Below are positions 1-9,518 of a DNA stretch of 64,000 nucleotides, piece by piece (position 1 is the stretch's first letter; the number at the start of each line of letters is the position of its first letter). Position numbers and translations under genes: made by a program. The notes beneath the pieces were generated by a model, which was given only the letters and a program-made list of their open reading frames with translations, had not been told where the DNA came from and searched no databases. This stretch comes from Candidatus Aldehydirespirator sp. (GTDB lineage Bacteria > Actinomycetota > Acidimicrobiia > Acidimicrobiales > Aldehydirespiratoraceae), in contig OZ242033.1 in assembly GCA_965205155.1 (NCBI GenBank), forward strand, positions 1,460,590 to 1,524,589, in the 5' to 3' direction.

Positions 1-288
1 GAGTCCGCCGATCCTTGGCACGTACTCCTTCGCCGGGGCGTCCAGGTCCAGATCGCCCTGTTCCACCAGCTGCAGGCAGGCGGTGCCGCAGAGGGCCTTG
101 GTGGTCGAGAAGATGGCGCACACTGTGTCGGTGGTGAAGGCATCGCCCCCGAGAACGCGCTCGCCCCGAGCGCCCGCATAGATGACGCCGTCGCGGTCGG
201 TTGCGACCGCGGCCACGCCGGGCACGCGCGGCGATCCCGATACAACCCCGTCCAGGACCGCATCCGCGGCAGTCGTTAGCTCACTCAT
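1..288 (-). CDS. serine hydrolase / beta-lactamase-family protein, N-terminal part (gene runs off the left edge)
   Basis: Not in the ORF track because it is open at the window edge. The reverse complement from ATG (plus 288-286) reads [78 protein letters not shown]. The S-x-x-K nucleophile motif (STTK) sits at the usual N-terminal distance. Confidence 0.7.
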   Translation of the reverse strand, partial: MSELTTAADAVLDGVVSGSPRVPGVAAVATDRDGVIYAGARGERVLGGDAFTTDTVCAIFSTTKALCGTACLQLVEQGDLDLDAPAKEYVPRIGGL

Positions 289-440
289 CACATCTCTCCT
301 CTCTGAGATAGTCAGACGTGATGTCGCGACTCTCTCACCGCGCATGGCTGCCCGTCCACTCGCCCGGCGCAGCCCGCTCCCCGGCGGGGTCGAGCCGGCC
401 CCTCCCGTAGGATCCCTCTGGTTGCGCCAGGGAGGACACG

Positions 441-1451
441 GTGATCATCGACTGCCACGGCCACTACACGACCACGCCGCCCGCGGTGGGGGAGTGGCGC
501 GAGGCTCAGAGGGCGGCGGTGGCCGCTGATCCCGATCATGTGGGCGCCAAGGGCGAGATCGCGGTGACCGACGACGAGATCCGTGAGAGCCTGGAGGGCG
601 CGCAGTTGGCCTTCCAGCGCGAGCGGGGCACCGACCTGACGATCTTCTCGCCCCGGGCCAGCTGGATGGGCCATCACATCGGCAACGAGCACACCTCCAG
701 GTTCTGGACCCAGCACCAGAACGAGCTGATCCGGCGGGTGTGCGACCTGTACCCGTCCAACTTCGCTCCGGTGGCCCAGCTGCCCCAGTCGCCGGGAGCG
801 CCCATCGATGCCTCGGTGCAGGAGCTGCGGCGCTGCACCGAGGAGATGGGCTTCATCGGGTGCAACGTCAACCCCGACCCGAGCGGCGGGCACTGGAACG
901 GACCACCCCTGTGGGACCGCTACTGGTGGCCGCTGTGGGAGGCGATGTGCGAACTCGACGTGCCCGCCATGATCCATGTGAGCGCAACCTGCAACGAGAA
1001 CTTCCACACCACCGGCTCGCACTACCTGGGCGCCGACACGACCGCCTTCATGCAGGCGTTGACGTCGGGGTTCCTGGCCGACTTCGACGGGTTGCGCCTG
1101 GTGATACCCCATGGCGGGGGAGCGGTTCCCTACCACTGGGGGCGGTTCAGGGGCATGGCCCAGGACTCCGGCTGGGACTTCGACGGGCTACTGGAGCACA
1201 TCTGGTTCGACACCTGCGTCTACCACCAACGGGGCATCGACCTGCTCGTCGACGTGGTGCCGGCCGACAACATCCTGTTCGCGTCGGAGATGGTGGGCGC
1301 GGTGCGGGGCATCGATCCTGCCACGGGCCACCACTACGACGACACCCGCCGCTATATCGACAGCGCCGGCCTCGACGACGCCGCTCGGGCCAAGATCTTC
1401 GAGGACAACGCCAGGCGCGTCTATCCCCGTCTGGAGGTCGGCGTCAGCTGA
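441..1451 (+). CDS. ligJ: amidohydrolase-2 family hydratase, LigJ-like (4-oxalomesaconate hydratase candidate)
   Basis: GTG start preceded by GGGAGG. N-terminus is MIIDCHGHY (metal-binding HxH). The internal block [11 protein letters not shown]...[26 protein letters not shown] matches my recollection of LigJ-type amidohydrolases. It sits next to LigI-like and PrpF-type genes. Confidence 0.6.
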   Translation: MIIDCHGHYTTTPPAVGEWREAQRAAVAADPDHVGAKGEIAVTDDEIRESLEGAQLAFQRERGTDLTIFSPRASWMGHHIGNEHTSRFWTQHQNELIRRVCDLYPSNFAPVAQLPQSPGAPIDASVQELRRCTEEMGFIGCNVNPDPSGGHWNGPPLWDRYWWPLWEAMCELDVPAMIHVSATCNENFHTTGSHYLGADTTAFMQALTSGFLADFDGLRLVIPHGGGAVPYHWGRFRGMAQDSGWDFDGLLEHIWFDTCVYHQRGIDLLVDVVPADNILFASEMVGAVRGIDPATGHHYDDTRRYIDSAGLDDAARAKIFEDNARRVYPRLEVGVS

Positions 1452-2325
1452 AGTCGTAGAGACGCTGGGGGTTGTCGACCAGGATCCGGTTGCGGTCGGC
1501 TTCATCGGGGGCGAACGCGGCCAGCAGGTCCACGAGGTCACCGTCGTCGGGCATGTGGCGCACGTTGGGATGGGGCCAGTCGGTGCCCCACAACACCCGG
1601 TCGCCGGCGGTCTCGATCAGAGCCCCGGCCAGCGGTGCCACGTCGTCATAGGGCGGGCGCCCTCCGGCGGTGAGCCGCTCCGCTCCGGAGATCTTCACCC
1701 AGGCCCTCTCGTCACCCATGAGTTCCAGCAGCGCCGCGAACGAGGGCTGCTCGAGGCCCCGGGCCGCAGGCACGCGTGCCATGTGGTCGATGATGAACGG
1801 GCACGGCAGGCCGAGCAGCAGCCCGGCGAAGTCGGGCAGGTCGGTGGCGTCGAGGTGCACGACCATGTGCCAGCCCCGGGGCGCCACCCTTCGGGCAGTG
1901 CGCTCGAAGGCCCCGAGGTCGCCGCCCCCGAGGTGCCTGACGAAGTTGAATCGGGCGCCGCGCACGCCGGCCTCGTGAAGCCGCTCGATCTCTGAGTCGG
2001 GGCATGTCTCGTCGATCATGGCCACGCCGGCGTAGCTGCCTCCAGATCGCAGCAGGGCGTCCACCATGGCCGAGTTGTCGGTGCCGTGGCAGCTGGCCTG
2101 GACCAGCACCGCCCGGGTCAGGCCCATCCGCTCGTGCAGCGTCCGGAGTTGCTCTACCCCGGCATCGGGGGGCGTGTAGGCGCGGCCGGCCGCGAAGGGG
2201 AAGCGGCTGGCCGGTCCGAAGACGTGGCAGTGGGCGTCGCAGGCATTGGGGGGCACGGTGAATGCGACCGGAGGGTGCGGATCGGGATGGGGCGGCGGGA
2301 TGCTCGGCTGGCTGCTTGGCGGCAT
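1444..2325 (-). CDS. ligI: 2-pyrone-4,6-dicarboxylate hydrolase-like amidohydrolase (LigI-like)
   Basis: ACDAHCHVFGP...YTPPDA...RAVLVQASCHGTDNSAMVDAL...GVRGARFNF is the LigI-type pattern. I trimmed the start to the internal ATG (M32 of the 324-aa ORF) so the gene begins 10 nt after the upstream stop. The longer ORF is a GC-driven extension. Confidence 0.65.
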   Translation of the reverse strand: MPPSSQPSIPPPHPDPHPPVAFTVPPNACDAHCHVFGPASRFPFAAGRAYTPPDAGVEQLRTLHERMGLTRAVLVQASCHGTDNSAMVDALLRSGGSYAGVAMIDETCPDSEIERLHEAGVRGARFNFVRHLGGGDLGAFERTARRVAPRGWHMVVHLDATDLPDFAGLLLGLPCPFIIDHMARVPAARGLEQPSFAALLELMGDERAWVKISGAERLTAGGRPPYDDVAPLAGALIETAGDRVLWGTDWPHPNVRHMPDDGDLVDLLAAFAPDEADRNRILVDNPQRLYDFS

Positions 2326-2335
2326 GGCTACCGGC

Positions 2336-3472
2336 TCAGGAGGGCCGGGGAAACACGACGCCGTCGAACAGTTTGCGGGCGGTGCGGATGATTCCCGCGC
2401 TCTCCACCGCGGGCGCAACTCCGGACCGGAGGGTCAGCGTCACCGCGGCTTCGAAGGTGCCGGTCGGATGCTCCAGCGTGACCACGCGGTCGATCCGGAA
2501 GGGCTCGGCGGTTCCAGGGTCTCCGCCGGCGGCAGGCAGCATCTCGTGGCCGACGGACCCGGGCAGCACCGCGGCGGTGGCGACCGATACCGCCCCGAGC
2601 ACACCGATCGCCTCATGGCAGCGGTGGGGGATGAAGGTCCGGGTGCAGAGGTCTCCGGCCGCGGTTCGGGGTGGCGCCACCAGGGTCATCTTGGGCACGG
2701 TGGAGGCGGCCACGTCCCCCAGGCCCATGAGGGGCCCCGCCGCAAGCCGCACCCGCTCGATGCGGCCTCGCAGGGCCGCGTCGGCCTCAAGGGTCGAGCA
2801 CTCCTCGTAGCCGGTGACGGCCACGTCGCTCGCTCTCATCACCACCGTCGGCATCCCGTTGTCGACGAGCGTGCAGTCCACGCCCGCGACGGAGTCGACC
2901 AGCCTGCCGGTCGGGAGCAACGAGCCGCAGGAGCCTCCTGCCACATCCTCGAAGCCGAGCCGCACGGCGGCTGCCGTGCCGGGCACGCCGTCGATGGAGG
3001 CCGGGCCCGAGTAGTCGGGCATGCCGTCGCGCAGTGGGAAGGTAGCGGTGGCCAACGATCCGGTGTTCACCATGTGGATTCGAACCCGCGCCTCGGTCCC
3101 GGCAACCGACACAAGGCCCCTCTCCACCGCGAACGGCCCCACGCCGGCCAGCATGTTGCCGCAGTTCTGGGCGTCGCTGACGAGGGGCTCGTCCACCGAG
3201 GGCTGAAGGAACAGGTAGTCCACGTCGGCGCCCGCCCCGGCCGCGGGACCGACCACGGCCACCTTCGTGGTGAGCACGTGGGCTCCGCCGATGCCGTCGA
3301 TCTGGCGGGGGTCCGGCGAGCCGACGATGCGCAGGATGAGATCGTCGCGCTGGGATGGATCGTCGGGCAGGTCCCGGCTGCGGAAGTAGGCACCCTTCGA
3401 CGTTCCGCCCCGCATCAGCATGCACGGCACGCTCTCAGTCACGTCGCCAGTGTGCCCGCGCCGTCGCCCCAT
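2336..3472 (-). CDS. PrpF-family isomerase, 4-oxalomesaconate tautomerase-like (GalD/LigU type)
   Basis: The N-terminal VPCMLMRGGTSKGAYF signature is typical of PrpF/GalD proteins. Length is about 370 aa and it appears operonic with the LigI-like gene. The start is uncertain: ATG 3472 or GTG 3442. Confidence 0.7.
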   Translation of the reverse strand: MGRRRGHTGDVTESVPCMLMRGGTSKGAYFRSRDLPDDPSQRDDLILRIVGSPDPRQIDGIGGAHVLTTKVAVVGPAAGAGADVDYLFLQPSVDEPLVSDAQNCGNMLAGVGPFAVERGLVSVAGTEARVRIHMVNTGSLATATFPLRDGMPDYSGPASIDGVPGTAAAVRLGFEDVAGGSCGSLLPTGRLVDSVAGVDCTLVDNGMPTVVMRASDVAVTGYEECSTLEADAALRGRIERVRLAAGPLMGLGDVAASTVPKMTLVAPPRTAAGDLCTRTFIPHRCHEAIGVLGAVSVATAAVLPGSVGHEMLPAAGGDPGTAEPFRIDRVVTLEHPTGTFEAAVTLTLRSGVAPAVESAGIIRTARKLFDGVVFPRPS

Positions 3473-3492
3473 GGCTCCGCGTGGGTAGGTTC

Positions 3493-4734
3493 GTGAGCGT
3501 GATCGGCCGTGCTCCGCTCGACGGTCTGCGAGTCGTCGAAGGCTCAGCGTTCGTGGCCGCGCCCTCGGGGGGAATGGCCCTGGCCCAGCTCGGTGCCGAG
3601 GTGGTGCGCTTCGACCGGATCGGCGGTGGGATCGACTACGGCCGCTGGCCTCTCACCGCCGAGGGTCGTTCCCTGTACTGGGCGGGCTTGAACAAGGGCA
3701 AGAAGTCTCTGGCCGTCGACCTGGCCAACCCACGCGCCCAGGAACTGCTCACCGAACTCATCGGCGCCGCAGGAACGTTCCTCACCAACTTCCCGGCGCG
3801 GGGCTGGATGGCGCCGGAACGGCTGGCCTCCCGCCGGGCCGACCTGGTGATGGTGGCGATAACGGGCAACCGCGACGGCACCACCGCGGTGGACTACACC
3901 GTGAACGCCGCGCTGGGGTTCCCCATGGTGACCGGTCCCGCGGGCAGCACGGGCCCCATCAACAGCGTGCTGCCGGCCTGGGATCTGCTGTGCGGGCAGA
4001 CGGCGGCGGTCGGGATCCTGGCCGCGGAGCGACGCCGCCTATTGACGGGAGAGGGCTCGCTGATGACCCTGGCGTTGAGCGATGTAGCGCTGGCCGCCAC
4101 GGCTGCGCTGGGCTATGTGGCCGAGGTCCAAGTCAACGGAACAGAGCGACCACGCTGCGGCAATGACCTCTACGGGGCCTTCGGCGCCGAGCTGTCCACG
4201 TCCGACGGCCGGCGGGTGTACGCGGTGGCCATCAGCCGCCGCCAGTGGGACTCGCTGCTCGAGGCCACCGGGAGCGCCGCAGCCGTAGCCCGGATCGCCG
4301 CGGCTCGGAGCCTGGACTTCGGCAACGAGGGCGACCGTTTCGAGGCCCGTGCGGAGATCAAGGCGGCGATGCAGGCCTGGACCGGAACCAAGCCCTTCAC
4401 CGAGGTGGCCGAGCGCTTCGACGGATGCGGAGTGTGCTGGGGCCCGTACCAGACCTTCACCGAGCTGGTTGAGACAGATCCGCGCTGCTCGCCGGCCGCA
4501 GGGCTGTTCGGTGAGGTGGACCAGCCCGGAATCGGTCCCTACCTGACGCCGGTGTCCCCATTGACCCTCGGGGAGGCGGCAGAATCGGGGACGAATGCAC
4601 GGGCTGGCGGCGCGGTGGCCCCGGTGCTGGGCGAGCACACCGATGAAGTGCTAGCCGAATGGCTCGGACTCTCGAGCGCCGAAATTGGGGGGCTGCACGA
4701 CGGAGGGATCGTTTCGGGCGTCGACGGAAACTAG
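3493..4734 (+). CDS. CoA transferase family III (CaiB/BaiF type)
   Basis: PLDGLRVVEGSAFVAAPSGGMALAQLGAEVVRFD is the typical N-terminal family III CoA-transferase motif. The first 45 codons of the ORF overlap the divergent gene and are discarded. Candidate GTG starts are at 3481, 3493 and 3499. Confidence 0.75.
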   Translation: MSVIGRAPLDGLRVVEGSAFVAAPSGGMALAQLGAEVVRFDRIGGGIDYGRWPLTAEGRSLYWAGLNKGKKSLAVDLANPRAQELLTELIGAAGTFLTNFPARGWMAPERLASRRADLVMVAITGNRDGTTAVDYTVNAALGFPMVTGPAGSTGPINSVLPAWDLLCGQTAAVGILAAERRRLLTGEGSLMTLALSDVALAATAALGYVAEVQVNGTERPRCGNDLYGAFGAELSTSDGRRVYAVAISRRQWDSLLEATGSAAAVARIAAARSLDFGNEGDRFEARAEIKAAMQAWTGTKPFTEVAERFDGCGVCWGPYQTFTELVETDPRCSPAAGLFGEVDQPGIGPYLTPVSPLTLGEAAESGTNARAGGAVAPVLGEHTDEVLAEWLGLSSAEIGGLHDGGIVSGVDGN

Positions 4735-4781
4735 GCCCAAATCAAGCAGTTCACTAAATGTCTTACATTCGCCTTGCGCGG

Positions 4782-4808
4782 ATTGTATACGACTGCTAAA
4801 TTGTATAC
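4782..4808. promoter_or_regulatory. two copies of ATTGTATAC (each containing palindromic GTATAC) directly upstream of the whiB-like start
   Basis: ATTGTATAC occurs at 4782-4790 and again at 4800-4808, inside an AT-rich gap (4735-4810) in an otherwise GC-rich region. This is a candidate operator or promoter element only. Confidence 0.25.
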
Positions 4809-4810
4809 CG

Positions 4811-5149
4811 ATGCTCGAAGCGTATGAGACTGTCACCGCGCCGCTGGGGTCCACGACGTGGATGGAGCACGGGCGCTGCGCCGGCGAGAGCAGCTTGTTC
4901 TTCGCACCTTTCGCGGAGCGGCCCGAGGCCAGGGTGCGCCGCGAGGCCCGGGCCCGGTCGATCTGCGAACAGTGCGTGGTGCTGCTTGCCTGCCGTGACT
5001 ACGCCCGCCGGAACCGCGAGCTGGGCTTCTGGGGCGGAGAGAGCGAGTCGGAGCGGGCCGAGGCAGGATTCGCGCCCACCACACCGATCGTCGGCCGCAA
5101 GCGAGTGGCCGAGGAACGGGCACGCGACGCCATGCGTCGCGTCCTGTAG
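4811..5149 (+). CDS. WhiB-family (Wbl) iron-sulfur transcription factor
   Basis: W-x4-RC...ARSICEQCVVLLACRDYA...GFWGGES shows the four Cys ligands in C-x(n)-C-x2-C-x5-C spacing plus the G[VF]WGG turn. The start is taken at the ATG that precedes the conserved Trp. Confidence 0.85.
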   Translation: MLEAYETVTAPLGSTTWMEHGRCAGESSLFFAPFAERPEARVRREARARSICEQCVVLLACRDYARRNRELGFWGGESESERAEAGFAPTTPIVGRKRVAEERARDAMRRVL

Positions 5150-5292
5150 GCGAAGCCGCCACAACGCCGTTCTGCGACTCGGCGGTGGCCGAGGCTGTGC
5201 ACCTGCCGGTCGTCAGGCTTTACGCATCCGATAGCGCTTGCTACTTTCCGCTGTGGCGTGCCCTGCGCCGCGGCTCCACGAAGGCAATCGCC

Positions 5293-7560
5293 ATGGGTGA
5301 CATTCCTCCAAGCGTGCACGCCCTTGCTCGCCTCCTCGGGTGGGGCGGTGGGAGGCTCGCCGCGGCGGTGGCCGCTCTGGCGCTGCTCGCGGCCGCATTG
5401 GCGCCCGCCGCGGCTGCCCAAACCGGATCCCCTGGGATCTCGATCCCCGACCCGAACCTGCGGAGCGCGGTCGAGACGGCGCTCGGCAAGCAGTCCGGAG
5501 CGGCAATCACCGAAGCCGACATGGCCCGGCTGGCGACGCTGGACGCCAGCTACTCGAGTGTTCGCCGGGTTGACGGCCTGCAGCATGCGGTCAACCTGCG
5601 GGCCCTGTACTTGCAAGGGAATGGCATCTCGGACGCGTCCAGCCTCGCCAATCTGGCCCGCATGCAGGTGCTGGTCCTGAACGGGAACGACATATCGGAG
5701 ATCGACCTGACCCGGATGGCGAACCTCAGGTTCCTCGATCTCGGCAACAACGACTTGGAGAGTCTGGATCTCGCCGGCCAGCGGACCAGAGTCGGGGAGA
5801 ACGCTCGCAACAGCAGGCTCTACGCGCTGTGGCTCCACAACAATCGCCTGACGTCGTTGGATCTGTCCGGCCTGACCGCGTTGCGAGACAGGCCGGACGG
5901 CGCTTCGCACCCGAGCTATGTGAGCCTGCGGCTGGACGGCAACCGGTTGACCAGCGTGACCGGGCTCGGTGACCTTCCGGGTGGCGTGTTCAGCCTCAAG
6001 CTGGAACGCAACCAGCTGACCGCGGTCGACCTCCGGGGCGCAGAGCACCTCCACTACGTGTACCTGAACAACAACCCGATCTCGAGCACCGGCGATCTTG
6101 CCGGTTTCTCGGCGATGACCGGTCTCAGGCGGCTTCACCTCTACGAGACGGAGATCTCGTCGATCGACCTGTCCCGGTTCTCGACGCTGGAGCGGGTCTT
6201 CCTCAACGACAACAGGCTCACCGCCATCGATGTCACCGGATTGGACAGCGTCCAGCGGCTCTGGCTGAGGGGGAACCGGATCACGAGCGTCACCGACCTG
6301 CAGGACATAGGCGACACCCTCATTTCCCTCAACCTGAGAAGCAACCGCCTCTCGTCGATCGACCTGTCAGGACTGTCGGGCCTCCGCCAGCTGTACCTCA
6401 GCGACAACGCGCTGACCGCCGTGGATCTGGCGCCGGTGACCCAGCTGGACGTTCTCTGGCTCCACAACGGGGTCTCGGCTGGTGGCAGCCCTCCGGATCC
6501 GGCCTACCAGAACCAGATCACAAGCCTCGGAACCCTGCCCCGATGGCTCACCGACCTCAGGCTGGCAGGCAACCCGCTGGCCGAACCGATCTCGCTGGCG
6601 TCGCGAGCCGGCCTGCGGAAGCTCTACGTGAGCGGGGACCAGATCTCGGGCCTGTCCGCGCTGGCCGGCCTGACCAGCCTCACCGAGTTGGGGCTGACGG
6701 ACATGGGTCTCACCGGGTCGGACCTGTCCTCGCTGCCGAGGCTGCCCGCGCTGACCAGGCTGGATCTGGGCGACAACTCGATAACGGACCTGTCGGCGCT
6801 GGCGCACCTCGTGGGGCTGACCGAGTTGCGGCTCGACAACAACTTCGTCAGTGACGTCTCTCCCTTGTCGAACATGAACTCCCTCGAGGATCTGTATGTG
6901 GCCGGCAACGTCATCGGCGACTATGCACCGCTGCGACACCTGATCCTGGCCGGGCTGACGATCCACGGCGGCGACCGGCAGCGGGGAGACTCGCCGGACA
7001 ACTTCTTCTGGGACATCGACGCGTCGGGCTCCCTGCACGGCTGGAACCTGAGCCTGCTGGCGGCGGACGGGATCCTGGACAACACCGAGTGCGGTCTGGA
7101 CCTCATCTGCCCCGGTCTGGCCCTCGAGCGCTGGGTCGTGGCCATCTGGCTCGTGCGAGTCATCGACGGCGAGGACCCCGAGCCACTGGGCTTCAACCGG
7201 TTCGAAGACGTTCATCCCGGCCTTCAGTGGGCGGCGCACGTAGAGCGTCTCGCGGAGCTCGGGATCGTGGCGGGCTGCTCCAGCAATCCCGCCCGCTTCT
7301 GCCCCCAGGGCACGGTTACCCGGGGCCAGATGGCGGTTCTGCTCGCCCGTGCCTACGAGTTGCAGCCCGACGCGCCCGCGACGTTCGAAGATATCGATAG
7401 GGACGGCCCCTATACGGCCAGCATCGACGCCATTGCCGCGGCCGGGATCATCGCGGGCTGCGGCACCGAACCCGATCGGTTCTGCCCTGACGACCTGGTC
7501 ACCAGAGGCCAAGCGGCGACCTTCATCATCCGGGCCCGCGAGTACGCCTCCGGTAGCTGA
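5293..7560 (+). CDS. secreted leucine-rich-repeat (internalin-like) protein with C-terminal SLH-like repeats
   Basis: A signal-peptide-like N-terminus (LAAAVAALALLAAALAPAAAAQ) is followed by a long array of about 22-24-aa LxxLxLxxNxL repeats. Three C-terminal modules follow the pattern F-D...I..L...GI.AGC....FCP...VTRGQ.A. Confidence 0.75.
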   Translation: MGDIPPSVHALARLLGWGGGRLAAAVAALALLAAALAPAAAAQTGSPGISIPDPNLRSAVETALGKQSGAAITEADMARLATLDASYSSVRRVDGLQHAVNLRALYLQGNGISDASSLANLARMQVLVLNGNDISEIDLTRMANLRFLDLGNNDLESLDLAGQRTRVGENARNSRLYALWLHNNRLTSLDLSGLTALRDRPDGASHPSYVSLRLDGNRLTSVTGLGDLPGGVFSLKLERNQLTAVDLRGAEHLHYVYLNNNPISSTGDLAGFSAMTGLRRLHLYETEISSIDLSRFSTLERVFLNDNRLTAIDVTGLDSVQRLWLRGNRITSVTDLQDIGDTLISLNLRSNRLSSIDLSGLSGLRQLYLSDNALTAVDLAPVTQLDVLWLHNGVSAGGSPPDPAYQNQITSLGTLPRWLTDLRLAGNPLAEPISLASRAGLRKLYVSGDQISGLSALAGLTSLTELGLTDMGLTGSDLSSLPRLPALTRLDLGDNSITDLSALAHLVGLTELRLDNNFVSDVSPLSNMNSLEDLYVAGNVIGDYAPLRHLILAGLTIHGGDRQRGDSPDNFFWDIDASGSLHGWNLSLLAADGILDNTECGLDLICPGLALERWVVAIWLVRVIDGEDPEPLGFNRFEDVHPGLQWAAHVERLAELGIVAGCSSNPARFCPQGTVTRGQMAVLLARAYELQPDAPATFEDIDRDGPYTASIDAIAAAGIIAGCGTEPDRFCPDDLVTRGQAATFIIRAREYASGS

Positions 7561-7575
7561 CCGCGGCCGGGCCAG

Positions 7576-8709
7576 CTAGCCGGGGTTCCGTCCTCCTGAG
7601 GGCGCCGGCCCGATGGTTATCACAAGGCTGCCGACATGGCGCTTGCCGGCGAAGGCCTGCTGGGCGGCGTGGATCTCCTCCAACGGGTAGGTGCCGCCCA
7701 CCACCGGCCTGACCTCCCCCCGCTCGATGTAGCCGACGAGATCGGCGAACACTTGGGGGGCATAGACGGTCGCGCCGTGCAGCTGGAGGTCCTTCAGGTA
7801 CAGAGTGCGCAGGTCGAGATCCACGACCGGCCCGGCGATGGCGCCGGAGGTGACATAGCGCCCACCCCGGCACAGCGCCTCCAGCCAACTCGGGAAGCTG
7901 CCGCCGCCGACGACGTCGGCCACGACGTCGAAGCTTCCTCCGTTGGCTGCGGTGGCCGCCGCAACGACGTCTCCGGACTCTCGGGCTACAACCGCGTCGG
8001 CGCCCAGAGCCCTCACGCTGTTCCGTTTGGACGCGCCGGCGACGGCCACCACCCGGGCGCCGCGGCGCTTGGCCAGTTGCACCAGTGCGCTGCCCACGCC
8101 GCCGGAAGCGCCCGGGACCGCGATCGTCTCACCCGATTGCAGGTCCGCTCGCTGGAGCATGTGCTCCGCGGTCGACCACGAGCAGGCGAAGCTGGCCAAC
8201 TCGATGTCCGAGAGTCCGACCGACACCGGATACACGTTCTCTTGGGGAACCGTGCAGTACTCGGCGTACCCGCCGTCGCGTTCGCTGCCCAGATAGCCGG
8301 CGAGGTCGCGATCGGCAGGGCGGTCCCGATCGCGCAGCCATGGGTCGATCAACACTCGGCGGCCCGCCAAGCCCGTGTCCGCACCCTCACCGACTGCCAC
8401 TACAACGCCCGCGATGTCGGCGCCTTGGATCCGGGGGAAGGACAGGCCGCCGCGACCCCAGGCCGAGTCCTCGGGGTCAGCCTCGGCGAACCCTTGCGAA
8501 GATGTGGCCGAGGTGACTGAGCGGCTGTACCAGCCGACACGGGTGTTGATGTCGGTGTTGTTCATGCCGCAGGCCGCCACCCGCACCAGCACGTCGCGGG
8601 GGCCGGGACTGGGCACGGGCACGTCGTCGCGCACCTCCAGCATCTCGGGCCCGCCCGTGCCCAGCAGCAACGCGGCCCGCATCACCGCAGGCGGATCAGA
8701 ACCGGTCAC
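7576..8709 (-). CDS. medium-chain dehydrogenase/reductase (zinc-type alcohol dehydrogenase / quinone oxidoreductase family)
   Basis: VLVRVAACGMNNTD (GroES-like fold) and a Rossmann motif, IAVPGASGGVGSALVQLAK. The start may be the internal ATG at 8682. Confidence 0.75.
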   Translation of the reverse strand: MTGSDPPAVMRAALLLGTGGPEMLEVRDDVPVPSPGPRDVLVRVAACGMNNTDINTRVGWYSRSVTSATSSQGFAEADPEDSAWGRGGLSFPRIQGADIAGVVVAVGEGADTGLAGRRVLIDPWLRDRDRPADRDLAGYLGSERDGGYAEYCTVPQENVYPVSVGLSDIELASFACSWSTAEHMLQRADLQSGETIAVPGASGGVGSALVQLAKRRGARVVAVAGASKRNSVRALGADAVVARESGDVVAAATAANGGSFDVVADVVGGGSFPSWLEALCRGGRYVTSGAIAGPVVDLDLRTLYLKDLQLHGATVYAPQVFADLVGYIERGEVRPVVGGTYPLEEIHAAQQAFAGKRHVGSLVITIGPAPSGGRNPG

Positions 8710-8727
8710 GGCGGTCGACGGCTCCGA

Positions 8728-9495
8728 TCATGGTGCGAGCCGGTGCGCGTGCATGGCCTGGTAGTGGGGCAGGCAGGCGGCGTAAGCGTCTCTGAGGAGT
8801 TGGTTGTGGTCTATGGCCACATAGTCGCGTTTCTGGCGCGACAGCGTCGTGGACCCGGCGAGATTGGCATGCCAGGTGCCGGTCTCGTACCAGGTGAGAT
8901 CGGATGCCTCGGTGATGCCCCACTGGAGCGCCTCCGGCTTGAAGTCGATCCCCACCGCATCGCACCATGCCGCGGTTACGCGGCGGGGGTCGTCCAGCAT
9001 GTCGTCAGCGTCGATGACGGGAGGCGGGGTCCCGGTCCGTTGCGTCAGCAGGTCGAACAGCGCCCGCTGCTCGGCGAAACCGGTCTCGTCCAGGGTGAAG
9101 TCCGACCACTGGCCGTACATCGAGGTCAGCGCCTTGGCTGGGTCGCGGATCAAGAAGGAGTGGTTGAAGGCGTCGAGGAACGGCACTGGCGGGTCGTCGG
9201 GACTGCCGGCCGGGGCCACCCAGTCGTGCATGTGGGTGACGTAGTGGGGGAAGTCCTTCATGAACACCGGTCCCCGCCTAGCGGCCGCCACCAGCTCCTC
9301 CCAGACCGACTCGTAGCTGAGCTCCGGCCGGTGCTGGATGTGGCTGTCGGGCGGGCGGGTGTCGTTGCCGATCGAGTACCAGACCTCGCCGAAGGGCTCG
9401 TGCGCGATCTCGTGATCGCCGCGCTGGCTCATCATCCGCTCGAAGGCGGTCGAGGTCGAGCGGGGCACTGCCCACAGCACCAGGATCGGGATCAT
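8728..9495 (-). CDS. sulfotransferase-like family protein (tentative)
   Basis: N-terminal ILVLWAVPRSTSTAFERMM resembles the PAPS-binding loop of soluble sulfotransferase-like proteins. Codon bias supports coding. The family call is from memory only. Confidence 0.45.
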   Translation of the reverse strand: MIPILVLWAVPRSTSTAFERMMSQRGDHEIAHEPFGEVWYSIGNDTRPPDSHIQHRPELSYESVWEELVAAARRGPVFMKDFPHYVTHMHDWVAPAGSPDDPPVPFLDAFNHSFLIRDPAKALTSMYGQWSDFTLDETGFAEQRALFDLLTQRTGTPPPVIDADDMLDDPRRVTAAWCDAVGIDFKPEALQWGITEASDLTWYETGTWHANLAGSTTLSRQKRDYVAIDHNQLLRDAYAACLPHYQAMHAHRLAP

Positions 9496-9518
9496 GGGGT
9501 TCGCTCCCTCTGTCTAGG

